Assembly (NCBI GenBank): GCA_965223845.1
Contig: CBDCXR010000004.1
Coordinates: forward strand, 4,128,001 to 4,192,000
Source: Planctomycetota bacterium
Lineage (GTDB): Bacteria; Planctomycetota; UBA8108; SXIK01
Reading direction: 5' to 3'
DNA: 64,000 nucleotides
Shown: positions 29,933 to 39,400 of the stretch, piece after piece
Numbering within the stretch: the stretch's first letter is position 1
Layout: every line of letters starts with the position of its first letter
Program-made: the position numbers and the translations under genes
Notes under the pieces: generated by a model
The model's database searches: none
Told to the model about the DNA's origin: nothing
The model's input: only the letters and a program-made list of their open reading frames with translations

Positions 29933-30874
29933 TCAGAGACCCAGCGCACGATCCATCCGCCCGGCGATCTCCTTCATGCGATTTCGGTCTCCGCCACCGA
30001 CCTCCGCCGTCGACCATCCGCTGAAGCGAATGTCCTTGAGCGCTCGCCGGACATCGGCCCAGTCGACGTCGCCGTCGCCGATCTTCGTCCAGCTCCCGCT
30101 CGGCCGATCACTCTTCTTCCAGTCCTTCACATCGAGCTTCACGATGCGCCGGCCGAGGGTGCGAATCCACTCCGCGGGCTTCCCGAAGCGCTGGTGATTC
30201 CCGATGTCGAAGTAGACGCCGACCCAGGGACTGTCGATCTCGTCGATGTAGCGCGCGAGCTGCTTTGCCGTCTGGTTGTCCGGTCCGTTCGGATCGTAGC
30301 AGAATCCGTTCCAGACATTTTCTATCAGGATGTGAATGCCCAGCCGCGACGCGAGTGGAAGCGCCTTACGAATCTCCACGATCGATCGATCCCAGACGTG
30401 CTGGTGGTTTTCCCGTTCCGGGTTTCGCACCGCTCCCGGTACGAGGAGAACGGCCGAACCTCCGAGGAAGCTCGTCTCCTCGATCGCGGTCTTGAGCCCG
30501 GCGAGCCCCTTGGCGCGCACTTCCTCGCTCGGATCCGAAAGTCGCGTTCCCCAGTGGATGCTGTCGACGACGCCGTGGATCGGAAGTCCGACTTCCGTGC
30601 TCGCCGCCCGCGCCTTCTTCTTGTCCGCGCCGCCGGGACTATTCATCTCGACGCCGTCGTAGCCGAGATCCTTGAGGATCTGAAACTTCTCCTTGATCGA
30701 AATCTTCTCGCCGAACATCCCGAACTTGACGGATTTATAGATCGTTCCGCGGTGCTCGCCCGTCGACTCGTCGGCGGCGAACGCCGCGCGCGCGCCGAAA
30801 CCAAATGGAGCGGCGATCGTCAACGCCGCGGCAGACTGCTGAAGAAACTCTCGGCGAAAGACTCGTCGGGACAT
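29933..30874 (-). CDS. Tat-exported sugar phosphate isomerase/epimerase (xylose-isomerase-like TIM barrel)
   Basis: RREFL Tat signal; GYDGVE, IENVWN, YFDIGN, KLDVKD, AEV. Confidence 0.85.
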   Translation of the reverse strand: MSRRVFRREFLQQSAAALTIAAPFGFGARAAFAADESTGEHRGTIYKSVKFGMFGEKISIKEKFQILKDLGYDGVEMNSPGGADKKKARAASTEVGLPIHGVVDSIHWGTRLSDPSEEVRAKGLAGLKTAIEETSFLGGSAVLLVPGAVRNPERENHQHVWDRSIVEIRKALPLASRLGIHILIENVWNGFCYDPNGPDNQTAKQLARYIDEIDSPWVGVYFDIGNHQRFGKPAEWIRTLGRRIVKLDVKDWKKSDRPSGSWTKIGDGDVDWADVRRALKDIRFSGWSTAEVGGGDRNRMKEIAGRMDRALGL

Positions 30875-30932
30875 CCGGGAACTCCTTTTGAGGTGAGAAA
30901 AGGTCGAAGTGGTCGAGCATCGAGGATCGGCC

Positions 30933-32381
30933 TCAGCGGGAGATTCGGCGCTCGAGCTGCGTGGGGCGAGGATTCAGCGTCTTCTTGTGTTTCGCGACGA
31001 GATCACGCAGCGACTCGATCACGTCGGCGTGGGACGCAGCGACATCGTACTTCTCCGACGGGTCGTGCTCGAGATTGTAGAGCAGCGGCGGATCGTGCTC
31101 GGTCACCGTACGGTCGCGACCGTAGGCTGGCTGCGTTTTGAAGTGAGCCTTGAAGGGACCGCTTCGCACGGCGTAGAGCTGCTGTCCGCGGTAGAAGAAC
31201 ATATCCTGCCGTGGGTTCGGTCCCTTTGCGGTCAGAAGGGGAGTGAGATCGACGCCATCGAGAACACGATCCGCGGGAGGCGCTCCACCGGCAAGCGAGA
31301 CGAACGTCGGCAACAAATCGAGCGTGCTCGCGATGCCGGTCGCGACGCTGCCCGCCGGAATCCTTCCCGGCCACCACGCGATGCACGGCTCGCGCATTCC
31401 ACCTTCAAACGTGCAGCCCTTCCCTTCGCGTAGGAGTCCGGCCGATCCGCCCTGGTCGCCGAAGATGAGCCACGGCCCGTTGTCGCTCGTAAATAGAACG
31501 AGAGTCCTCTCCGCGAGTCCCTCGGTTCGGAGGGTCGACAGGACCTCACCGACCGTCCAGTCGATCTCCTCGATCACGTCGCCGTAGAGCCCGCGGAGAC
31601 TCTTTCCGGCAAACGCATCCGACCGGAAGAGCGGAACGTGCGGGAGATTGTGCGCGAGGTAGAGAAAGAACGGCTTCTCCTTGCTCGCGCGAATGAACTG
31701 CACGGCCTCTTCAGCGAATCGCCGCGTGATCGTCGTTTGGTCGGCGGGACGCTCGACGATCTTCTCGTCGCGGATGAGCGGGACGTTCCAGTATTCAGAT
31801 TTGGGCTTTAAGAACGCCGCGCGTCCCTTCGGTGCGCTTGCAACGCGGTCCATGTCATTCGAGTACGGAATCCCGAAGTAGCGATCGAATCCGTGCCGCG
31901 GCGGCAGATGTTCGGGGAGATGACCGAGGTGCCACTTTCCGATCGCCGCGGTCGCGTAGCCGAGGGGCTTCAAGGCCTCGGCGATGGTGATCTCGGCGGC
32001 CGGCAATCCCCCCGCCGAGTCGGGAAAGAGCACGCGTCGACGATCGCTGCACATGCCACTTCGGATTGGAAGCCGCCCAGTGAGAAGCGCGGCTCGACTC
32101 GGAGTGCACACCGACGAGGCGGAATAGAACTGCGTCAGCTTCATCCCTTCGCGCGCCATCCGATCGAGATGCGGCGTACGAATCGTCGGATGGCCGAAGC
32201 ACGCGAGATCGCCGTAGCCGAGATCGTCGGCGAAAATCACAACGAAGTTCGGTGGCGGGGGAGCGGCGATCGTCGGGCCGGTGACGAGGCTACAGGCGAT
32301 CGATAGCGCCCACACCAACGCAGGCGTCACTCTCTCGCGACGGGGGCGTTCACGAGAACGCTCGGTGACTGGTGAATTCAC
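30933..32381 (-). CDS. Arylsulfatase A-like sulfatase
   Basis: PNFVVIFADDLGYGD, CTPSRAALLTGR, GKWHLG, PYSNDM, TSDNGP, EGGMREP. Confidence 0.95.
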   Translation of the reverse strand: MNSPVTERSRERPRRERVTPALVWALSIACSLVTGPTIAAPPPPNFVVIFADDLGYGDLACFGHPTIRTPHLDRMAREGMKLTQFYSASSVCTPSRAALLTGRLPIRSGMCSDRRRVLFPDSAGGLPAAEITIAEALKPLGYATAAIGKWHLGHLPEHLPPRHGFDRYFGIPYSNDMDRVASAPKGRAAFLKPKSEYWNVPLIRDEKIVERPADQTTITRRFAEEAVQFIRASKEKPFFLYLAHNLPHVPLFRSDAFAGKSLRGLYGDVIEEIDWTVGEVLSTLRTEGLAERTLVLFTSDNGPWLIFGDQGGSAGLLREGKGCTFEGGMREPCIAWWPGRIPAGSVATGIASTLDLLPTFVSLAGGAPPADRVLDGVDLTPLLTAKGPNPRQDMFFYRGQQLYAVRSGPFKAHFKTQPAYGRDRTVTEHDPPLLYNLEHDPSEKYDVAASHADVIESLRDLVAKHKKTLNPRPTQLERRISR

Positions 32382-32492
32382 GTCGCAGGTTCTTTCTCAA
32401 CGGTTTGCTTCGAAAAGTTCGGATGACCGACGAAACGAGTCGACCATAGTACCGCGCGGAGGCGCGGAGCGGACTTGATGATCTGGCCTCGC

Positions 32493-34301
32493 TCAGGGCG
32501 AGCGCTCGAGAACACAGCGGAGACCGACGGCGTCGTCCAGTGTCTCGGGGGCGATTCCTCGCCGCGCGAAGCTCGTCAGCTCCGCGGCGGGGTCCTTCCA
32601 GCTTCCACCGCGAATGACGCGTTTCGCCCCGTCGCCGTCTCGGGCCGAACCGTCGCGGGGCGCGCCGTCGTAGCTCGGGTGCCAAGAGTCGGCGCACCAT
32701 TCCCAGAGGTAGCCGTGGACGTCGTAGAGCTTCCACGGATTCGGCCGCTTGGCGCCGACGGGCGGATCGTTTCCCTTCGCGTTGCCCGAGAACCACGCGT
32801 AGTCTCCGAGATCGTCCGGCGCGTTGCCGAACGAGTAGGCGGTCGGGGTTCCCGCTCGCGCGCAGTACTCCCACTCCGCTTCCGTCGGAAGTCGGACTCG
32901 GTCTAGTCCGCCGATGAACCCGGCGGCGCGCAGGAGGTGCGTCGCGTTTCGGCTGAAGGACACGGCATCGTCAAACGAAAGACGCTCGACCGAGTTGCGC
33001 GGGCCCTTCCATCGACTCGGGTTCACTCCCATCGCGGCCTCCCATAGATTCTGGGGAACTTCGTAGGCGGCGATCTCGAATCTCCGAGGCATCGTCACTT
33101 CGCGAGCGGGCGCGAACGGACCGTCGCCTTCGGCTCCCATCCGAAACCGGCGCGGGAAGGGCGCCGTCCCCGGCTCGATCGCGACGAACTCGTCTACGAA
33201 TCGACGCAGAATCCTCGTTTGCGCTCGATTCGGCCGGCGAAAGCCGTCGGCGTGAAGCCGAATGCGATAGAGACCGAGAGCTGCGGTGACGTAGAGCCGA
33301 TTGCTCTCCACGCCGATTCCGAAGGTGCAGTTGCTCGGGAGCCCCCCCTGGGTCGCATCCTCACGCCCCGAACCGGTCGGCACAAATGCGAGCGTCGAGC
33401 CGTCCGGGCGGACGACGCGGATCCCGGGACGCTTGGGATCGCGGACGGCGAGGTAGAGATTCCCGCGGACGTCGATCGTCATTCCATCGCAACCGAAGTC
33501 TCCGCCGAAATCGACGATCGTCCTTCTCGGTCCGCCGACGAGACCGTCGACCCCGAGAGGGAACGCGTACACCTTCATCGCCCCGGGCTCGACGGGGGGG
33601 CCGTCCTCGAGGATGCGATCCGTGCCGTTGTTTGTATCGGCGACGTAGAGCGTGCGGCCGTCCGGGCTGAGAGCGATCCCGTTCGGTTTCTCGACTTCGC
33701 GGGTCACTTGGGCAACGCTCCCGTCGACATCGACCCGGTAGACGGCGCGATGCTCGAGCTCGCGCGTCTCCGGTCCGACGTAGCGCGGGTCCGTGAAGTA
33801 GACGCGGCCGGCGGCGTCCAAGCAGAGATCGTTCGGCGAGTTGAATCGCTTGGAGTCGATGCCCTCCGCGATCACTTCGCGCGCACCGGTCGCGACGTCG
33901 TAGCGGGCGATACAGCGACCGCCGTAGTCCGCCCCTTCGCAAGCGAGGAGGCGCCCGTCGAGGTCGAACGCGAGCCCGTTGCTCTTCCGGCTGTCGGCGG
34001 CGAAGACACTCGTTCGACCGGTGCGCGGATCGAAGCGGTAGATCGTCCCGCGATCTTCACCCGCGGCGATATCGGAAAAGAAGATCGTTCCGTCCGGCGC
34101 GGCGGTGGGACCCTCGGTCAATCCTCCCGCGACCGGCGCGGTCCGCGTGAACAAGCGCTCGAGCTTCGCCCCCGCGGGGACGATTTCCGACGGCTCCGGC
34201 GCCGGGATCTCCGCCGTCGAGGCGTCCGGCGAACTCCACCAGAGAAGCAGAACGCAGAGCCATAGCCGCCACCCGCCCTCCGCGAACCGCGCGCGAATCA
34301 T
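32493..34301 (-). CDS. SMP-30/gluconolactonase domain fused to an FGE-sulfatase (SUMF1-like) domain
   Basis: AAGGAGGT RBS before ATG 34301; TEGP, SPNDL, PNGIALSPD, DGMTID; then RLPTEAEWEYCAR, PNPWKLYDVHG..WEW, RGGSW. Confidence 0.85.
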   Translation of the reverse strand: MIRARFAEGGWRLWLCVLLLWWSSPDASTAEIPAPEPSEIVPAGAKLERLFTRTAPVAGGLTEGPTAAPDGTIFFSDIAAGEDRGTIYRFDPRTGRTSVFAADSRKSNGLAFDLDGRLLACEGADYGGRCIARYDVATGAREVIAEGIDSKRFNSPNDLCLDAAGRVYFTDPRYVGPETRELEHRAVYRVDVDGSVAQVTREVEKPNGIALSPDGRTLYVADTNNGTDRILEDGPPVEPGAMKVYAFPLGVDGLVGGPRRTIVDFGGDFGCDGMTIDVRGNLYLAVRDPKRPGIRVVRPDGSTLAFVPTGSGREDATQGGLPSNCTFGIGVESNRLYVTAALGLYRIRLHADGFRRPNRAQTRILRRFVDEFVAIEPGTAPFPRRFRMGAEGDGPFAPAREVTMPRRFEIAAYEVPQNLWEAAMGVNPSRWKGPRNSVERLSFDDAVSFSRNATHLLRAAGFIGGLDRVRLPTEAEWEYCARAGTPTAYSFGNAPDDLGDYAWFSGNAKGNDPPVGAKRPNPWKLYDVHGYLWEWCADSWHPSYDGAPRDGSARDGDGAKRVIRGGSWKDPAAELTSFARRGIAPETLDDAVGLRCVLERSP

Positions 34302-34323
34302 CGTCGTACCTCCTTCGCGAGCG

Positions 34324-35670
34324 CTACGAACGTTTCCTGAGTGAAGCCCGCCACGCGGTTTCGAGCGCATCGAACCGAACGTCGCGAAAGACGACGTCGA
34401 CGGCCTTCACCGGGTCGGTCCCCGACTGCAGCTCCCAGAAATAGTCCACGTAAAACCGGCGGACGCGGCGCTGGAGCGTCAAGTCGGTGTTCTTGTAGTT
34501 CAAGAGAAAGTAGACGAACGACCAGGCCTGCGCGTAGGCAATGCTCACTCGAGACGGATGATAGAAATCCGCTTGCGACATCTTGATGAGATCTCTCAGG
34601 TCGATCAATCGCCCCTCGCGGAGCGCCCACTGAACGACGCGTTCCCGCGACTCGTTGAAAAGCCGCTGGACGCCCGATCCGCGAACAACGCTCGGCGCGA
34701 CGATTTCAGCGAAGCCTTCGTCGAACCAGCGGGGGGCGTTCGGAATGTAGTAGTCGAAATACTGGTGCCAACCTTCGTGGTAGAAGCTGCGGAAGATGTC
34801 GCCTTCACGTTTGAAGCGCGGATTCGTCTGGTGGAATCCGACGAGGTGCTTCGATTGAGGATCGTAGTACGCTCCAGCCCCCGGCGAGCCGCCGCCGTGC
34901 TCGATGAATTCGTTCTGATTGCGCCAGAAGTAGACGATGTATTTGGTCTCGATCTTGTCCTCGAACTCGAAGGTCGGGTGATAGGCGCGCGCAGTCATGA
35001 TGTCCATGCTGCGACCGAGGCGGGCCGCGAGTTTCCGTTCGGCCGTCGAGAGCACGTGGTAGTACTTGGTCTCGATATGATGGCCCCGCTTCCCCCATCG
35101 CTCCGTGAAGGCGTCTATGGTCGCTCGATTGATCGCCGCCCAATCCTTGGGGACGCCGAGGTACTCGAGAAGGAGACGCATCGCAGGCTCGTACTTCTTC
35201 GTTCTTCCGCAGTAGTCGATCAGCTTGCCTGCGGTTCGCAGGTCGAGCGCGCGAAGCTTCGTTCGCCGAGTCGGCTTCTTTTTCCGCCGCTTCGACTTGG
35301 TCGATCCACTCTTCCTCTCGCCGTCCTTAGACCTTTCTTTCTCGGACTTCTTCTTGCGCAGAAACGCGTCCTTCAGGAGCTCTTCGACGTGCGAAAGCGA
35401 GACCGCTCGAACGGCGCTTCGTGAGCAGAGTAGCCAGAGAGAGTGCGAGTTTCGATTTTCGAGCACGTTCGCGACGTGCTCCTCCGTCGTCATGCGGAGC
35501 TGCTCCTTCCTCCGCCGCAGCTCTTCACGCCGATTCTTTCTCTCGCTCTCAGGTTTCGAAGCCTCCGTAGGAGGCGCCGGTTGCCCGGCCTCTAGTCCAA
35601 AGATCGGCGACACGCACAGCGCGACGACGGCTCGCCAGGCGAGATTCGATCGCTTGATTCGCACCCACAT
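34324..35670 (-). CDS. Secreted zincin-like (DUF1570/peptidase MA-like) protein
   Basis: HEGWHQY..PRWFDEGFAE, YAQAWSFVYFL; Lys-rich insertion; start chosen before the signal peptide. Confidence 0.7.
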   Translation of the reverse strand: MWVRIKRSNLAWRAVVALCVSPIFGLEAGQPAPPTEASKPESERKNRREELRRRKEQLRMTTEEHVANVLENRNSHSLWLLCSRSAVRAVSLSHVEELLKDAFLRKKKSEKERSKDGERKSGSTKSKRRKKKPTRRTKLRALDLRTAGKLIDYCGRTKKYEPAMRLLLEYLGVPKDWAAINRATIDAFTERWGKRGHHIETKYYHVLSTAERKLAARLGRSMDIMTARAYHPTFEFEDKIETKYIVYFWRNQNEFIEHGGGSPGAGAYYDPQSKHLVGFHQTNPRFKREGDIFRSFYHEGWHQYFDYYIPNAPRWFDEGFAEIVAPSVVRGSGVQRLFNESRERVVQWALREGRLIDLRDLIKMSQADFYHPSRVSIAYAQAWSFVYFLLNYKNTDLTLQRRVRRFYVDYFWELQSGTDPVKAVDVVFRDVRFDALETAWRASLRKRS

Positions 35671-35902
35671 ATCGATTCTCGTTCGAGTTCGCATCAAAGT
35701 CGGAATCGCCTTCAGATCAGAATCGGTCGGGACGGAAGACCCGATCGGAAGAGCCATTCTGAACGACGAGTTTGCGCTGTGTCCACCCAAGCTCGGCTTT
35801 ATCTGGAGAAGCCCGCATCGCTCGCGTACGATTTTCTACTCCGGCGATCAAAGAACGACGTTCGCCGTGCCTTTGGACCACTACCGGAGAATCCTCAGCC
35901 CC

Positions 35903-36382
35903 ATGGGAACTCTCATCCACACGAGCCGCTCGACGATTCGAAAGCACACCGGTCCCCACCGAACGGCGCAACTCGAGGCGCTCGAGGAACCGGTCCACTA
36001 CGGCATGCACGGTGGCATCCTCGAACTCTACCGCTCGAAGTACGGGATCGAAGTCGAGCGAGAGTACCCCGCAACGCTCGATCACATGGTCGCTGCGGTC
36101 GGCGGGTGACTGTGTGGCACGCTTGCCGCCGCGCTGGAGGCGCGACAGATCCCCACCACCGACAAGCTCTCCGCCCGCGTCGAGGGCGATATCGAGGACG
36201 TCGACGGAGTGATTCGCATCAGCACGATTCGCATGCACTACGAACTCGAGATCCCGCCGGGAACGAAAGACGCCGCGGAGCGTGCGCTCGCAACGTACGC
36301 CGATCGTTGCCCCGCGTACAAGTCGATCGAAGGGTGCATCAAGGTAGAATCGAGCGCGGCGTTCGCAGAGTCGAGTGCCTGA
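35903..36382 (+). CDS. OsmC-family protein with in-frame TGA at codon 69 (probable selenocysteine)
   Basis: GGAGA upstream of ATG 35903; frame reads ..DHMVAAVGG-TGA(36107-36109)-LCGTLAAALEARQI..ERALATYADRCPAYKSI.. to a stop at 36382; hairpin follows the TGA. Confidence 0.8.
36110..36148 (+). promoter_or_regulatory. Putative bacterial SECIS element
   Basis: CGCGC-TGGAG-GCGCG stem-loop at 36130-36144 with a loop G 27 nt after the UGA; CTGT/ACAG could close a lower stem. Confidence 0.55.
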
Positions 36383-36402
36383 ACCGACATCGAGCCGTCG
36401 CC

Positions 36403-39400
36403 ATGCGATTCGCTTTTGTCCTCATCGCCTTCGCCTCTTCGTTCGCGAGCCTCCGCGCGCAACCCATCGCGTCGCCGGGCAACCGCTGCACCTATCTCCA
36501 CGATCCGTCGCCGTTCTACGCCGGTCCATCGCTCCCGCGCGTGACCACGCCGATGTGGATCGGCGAAGAGAACGTCGACGCGGCGGTGATCCTCTCGATC
36601 GACGACCTCACGGAGGCTCGCGTCGACCACTACCGTGATTTTCTCGCTCCGATTCTCGCTCGACTAGACGAGATCCAGGGTTACAGCCCCCTCAATATCT
36701 TCACCAACCGCATCGATCCGAGCGATCCGCAGGTCCAGCGCTGGATCGATCAAGGCGTTCGGCTCGACGTCCACACGCGCACTCACCCCTGTCCCTTGAT
36801 GCGCCACGAGATTCCCGCCGCTACGAGCGAGGTGTTCGACTGTCTCTCGAACTTGAACGCCGTGCCGAATCACTTCGCGAATGCGTTTCGGATGCCGTGC
36901 ACGGACTCGATCAACTCGTCGACTCCGCTCTTCTTTCGCGAGATTCTCCCGCAGCGCACGAACGACGGACGATTTCTCGAAGTCGACAGCTCCGTGTCGA
37001 TGTTCCCGGACTCTTCCTACGAAGCCTACGCGCCGTTCCTCAATTACGCCGCGACGATCAGCGAGTATCCGTATCCGTACGTCGTCGGAGGGAACATCTG
37101 GGAGCTCCCGATCGTCGTGCCTACGGACTGGCAGGCACAGCATCGCCGCGGAGTGAATCACCCCCAGACGGTCGCCGAGGTCAAGCGCGCGTTCGACATC
37201 GTGATCGAAGCGAAGGGTCTCTACACGTGGTGCTTTCACCCGCACGGCTGGATCCGCAATACGCAGATCATCGAGGTGATCGACCACGTACGATCCCGCT
37301 ACGGCGCGCGGGTGAAGTTCCTCAATATCCAGGAGACGCTCGAACGACTGACGGAACACATGCTCGGTGGAGTCGCGCTCCGCGACGCCGATGGCTCCGA
37401 TGGCGGCGTCCGCCTCGTCGACATCGATGGCGACGGGAGGATGGACGTCGTCGTCGGAAACGATGCCCGCCGCGAGACGCGGGTTTGGCATTCGGAGTCC
37501 CGCACTTGGCGAACCGTGCCGTTTCCGTTTTCGATCGTCCGCGGACAAGGGTCGGCAAAGCGGGCGACGGGCGTCGAGTTCGGGGTTTTTCGCGCCGACG
37601 GAAAGATCTCGGCTCTGCTCGCGACGAAGAACGGCTCGACCTTCGCACACTTCGACGGGGAGCAGTGGACCCGTCAGCCGGCCCTCGGGCTCGTCGTCGA
37701 CGGAAAGCAGGTCGTCGGCAGAGACGACGGCCGTGACCGCGGGCTCCGCCTACGCGATGTCGACGGCGACGGGTACTCCGATGCGATCGTCAACAACGAC
37801 TCGCAAAACTTGATTTTTCGTTGGAACCCGCGGGAACGCGAATTCGAACGTCTCGCGAGTGTGCTCCCGGCGCTCGCTGCCGTCGTGGACGCCGAGGGAC
37901 GCGACGGCGGACTTCGCTTTTGGGACGTCGATCGAGACGGCGATGACGATCTCGTGCTATCGAACGATCGCGAGTACTTCGTCTATCTCTACGAGGATGC
38001 GACGAAAACCTGGTCGACGCGAGTTCTCCACGGGAGCTCCGGCGCTCCCGGCGCGCTACCGAAGATCACGAGTCGTGGCGAAGACCGCGGCGCTTGGTTC
38101 AAGGACACGACGCTCTACGTCGCCAACACCGCGACGGCCGGTCGGCCGAATCTCGTCGAGACTCGAGACTTCGCACAGCTCCTAGAGCACCGCGCGACTC
38201 CACCCAAGTCGCCCGAGGAGGCGCGCGCAACTCTCCGCGTTCCCGATGGATTCCGAGTCGAGCTCGTCGCCTCGGAGCCTCTCATCGCGGATCCGGTTTC
38301 CGTCGAGTTCGGTGCCGACGGGCGCGTCTGGGTTGCGGAGATGGGCTCGTACCCGCTCGGTCGCGGCGAAGAGGCGGACGGCCGGATCCGCGTTCTCCGC
38401 GATACGGACGGCGACGGCCGTCTCGACCAGAGCACTGTCTTCGCACACGGTCTCAGCTTCCCCGCCGGAGCGCTTCCGTTTCGCGGAGGTGTTCTCGTCA
38501 CGTGCGCGCCGAACATCTACTACTTCGAAGATCGAAACGGCGACGATCGAGCGGACTCGCGCGAGATCATCTTCTCGGGCTTCGGCGAAGGCAACCAGCA
38601 GCACCGGGTCAACGGCCTCCACTACGGAATCGACAACTGGATTTACGGTGCGAACGGCGACAGCGGCGGCACGATCCGCTCGGCGCGTGCCCCCGACCGT
38701 CCCGCGCTTCACCTCGGTGGACGCGACTTCCGCTTTCGCAAAGACCTCACCACCTTCGAAGCCGCGACCGGTCGCACGCAGTTCGGACTCGCGATGGACG
38801 ATTTCGGGCGGCGCTACGGTACGAGCAACTCGCGTCACATCCTCTACGCGGTCCTTCCCGATCGCTATCTCGGTCGAAATCCGCACGTCGCACCACCGAA
38901 CGCCGTCCTCGACATCGCGGAGCACGGCGCCATGGCGCGGATTTATCCGATCTCGAAACAGCTGATCTCGCTCAACTCGATTCACGTTCCGGGTCACTTC
39001 AGCTCTGCGTGCGGAATCTCGATCTACCGCGGCGAGCGATTCCCTCCGTCCTACCGCGGCTCGGCGTTCGTCGCGGATCCCGTCGCGAACCTCGTCCACC
39101 GCGACGTCCTCGTGCCGGACGGAGCCTCGGTGGTTGCACGCCGGAGCGAGAACGAAACGGACTCGGAGTTCCTCGCGTCGACGGACGCCTGGTTTCGCCC
39201 CGTTTACACGACGACCGGACCCGACGGCGCGCTCTACGTGGTCGACATGCACCGCTACATCATCGAGCATCCGGAGTACATCCCGGAGGACTTGCAGCAG
39301 ATTCTCGACTTCGCAGCCGGCCGGGACCGCGGCCGAATCTACCGGGTCGTCTACGCGAGCGCCGATCCGAGATCGGAGGTCGCGCGAATTCCGGTCGCGC

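Noticed and set aside
26845-31141. Long antisense or alternative-frame ORFs (26845-28743 -, 28994-31141 +; likewise 5457-7145, 13792-15492, 47383-49146, 56025-57800)
   Set aside because: They shadow well-supported genes, have no recognisable motifs, and are expected from stop-codon scarcity in GC-rich DNA
35779-36402. ORF-track N-terminal extension making a 1924-aa protein
   Set aside because: It is Arg-rich with no motifs and overlaps the OsmC gene in another frame; a signal peptide begins at ATG 36403
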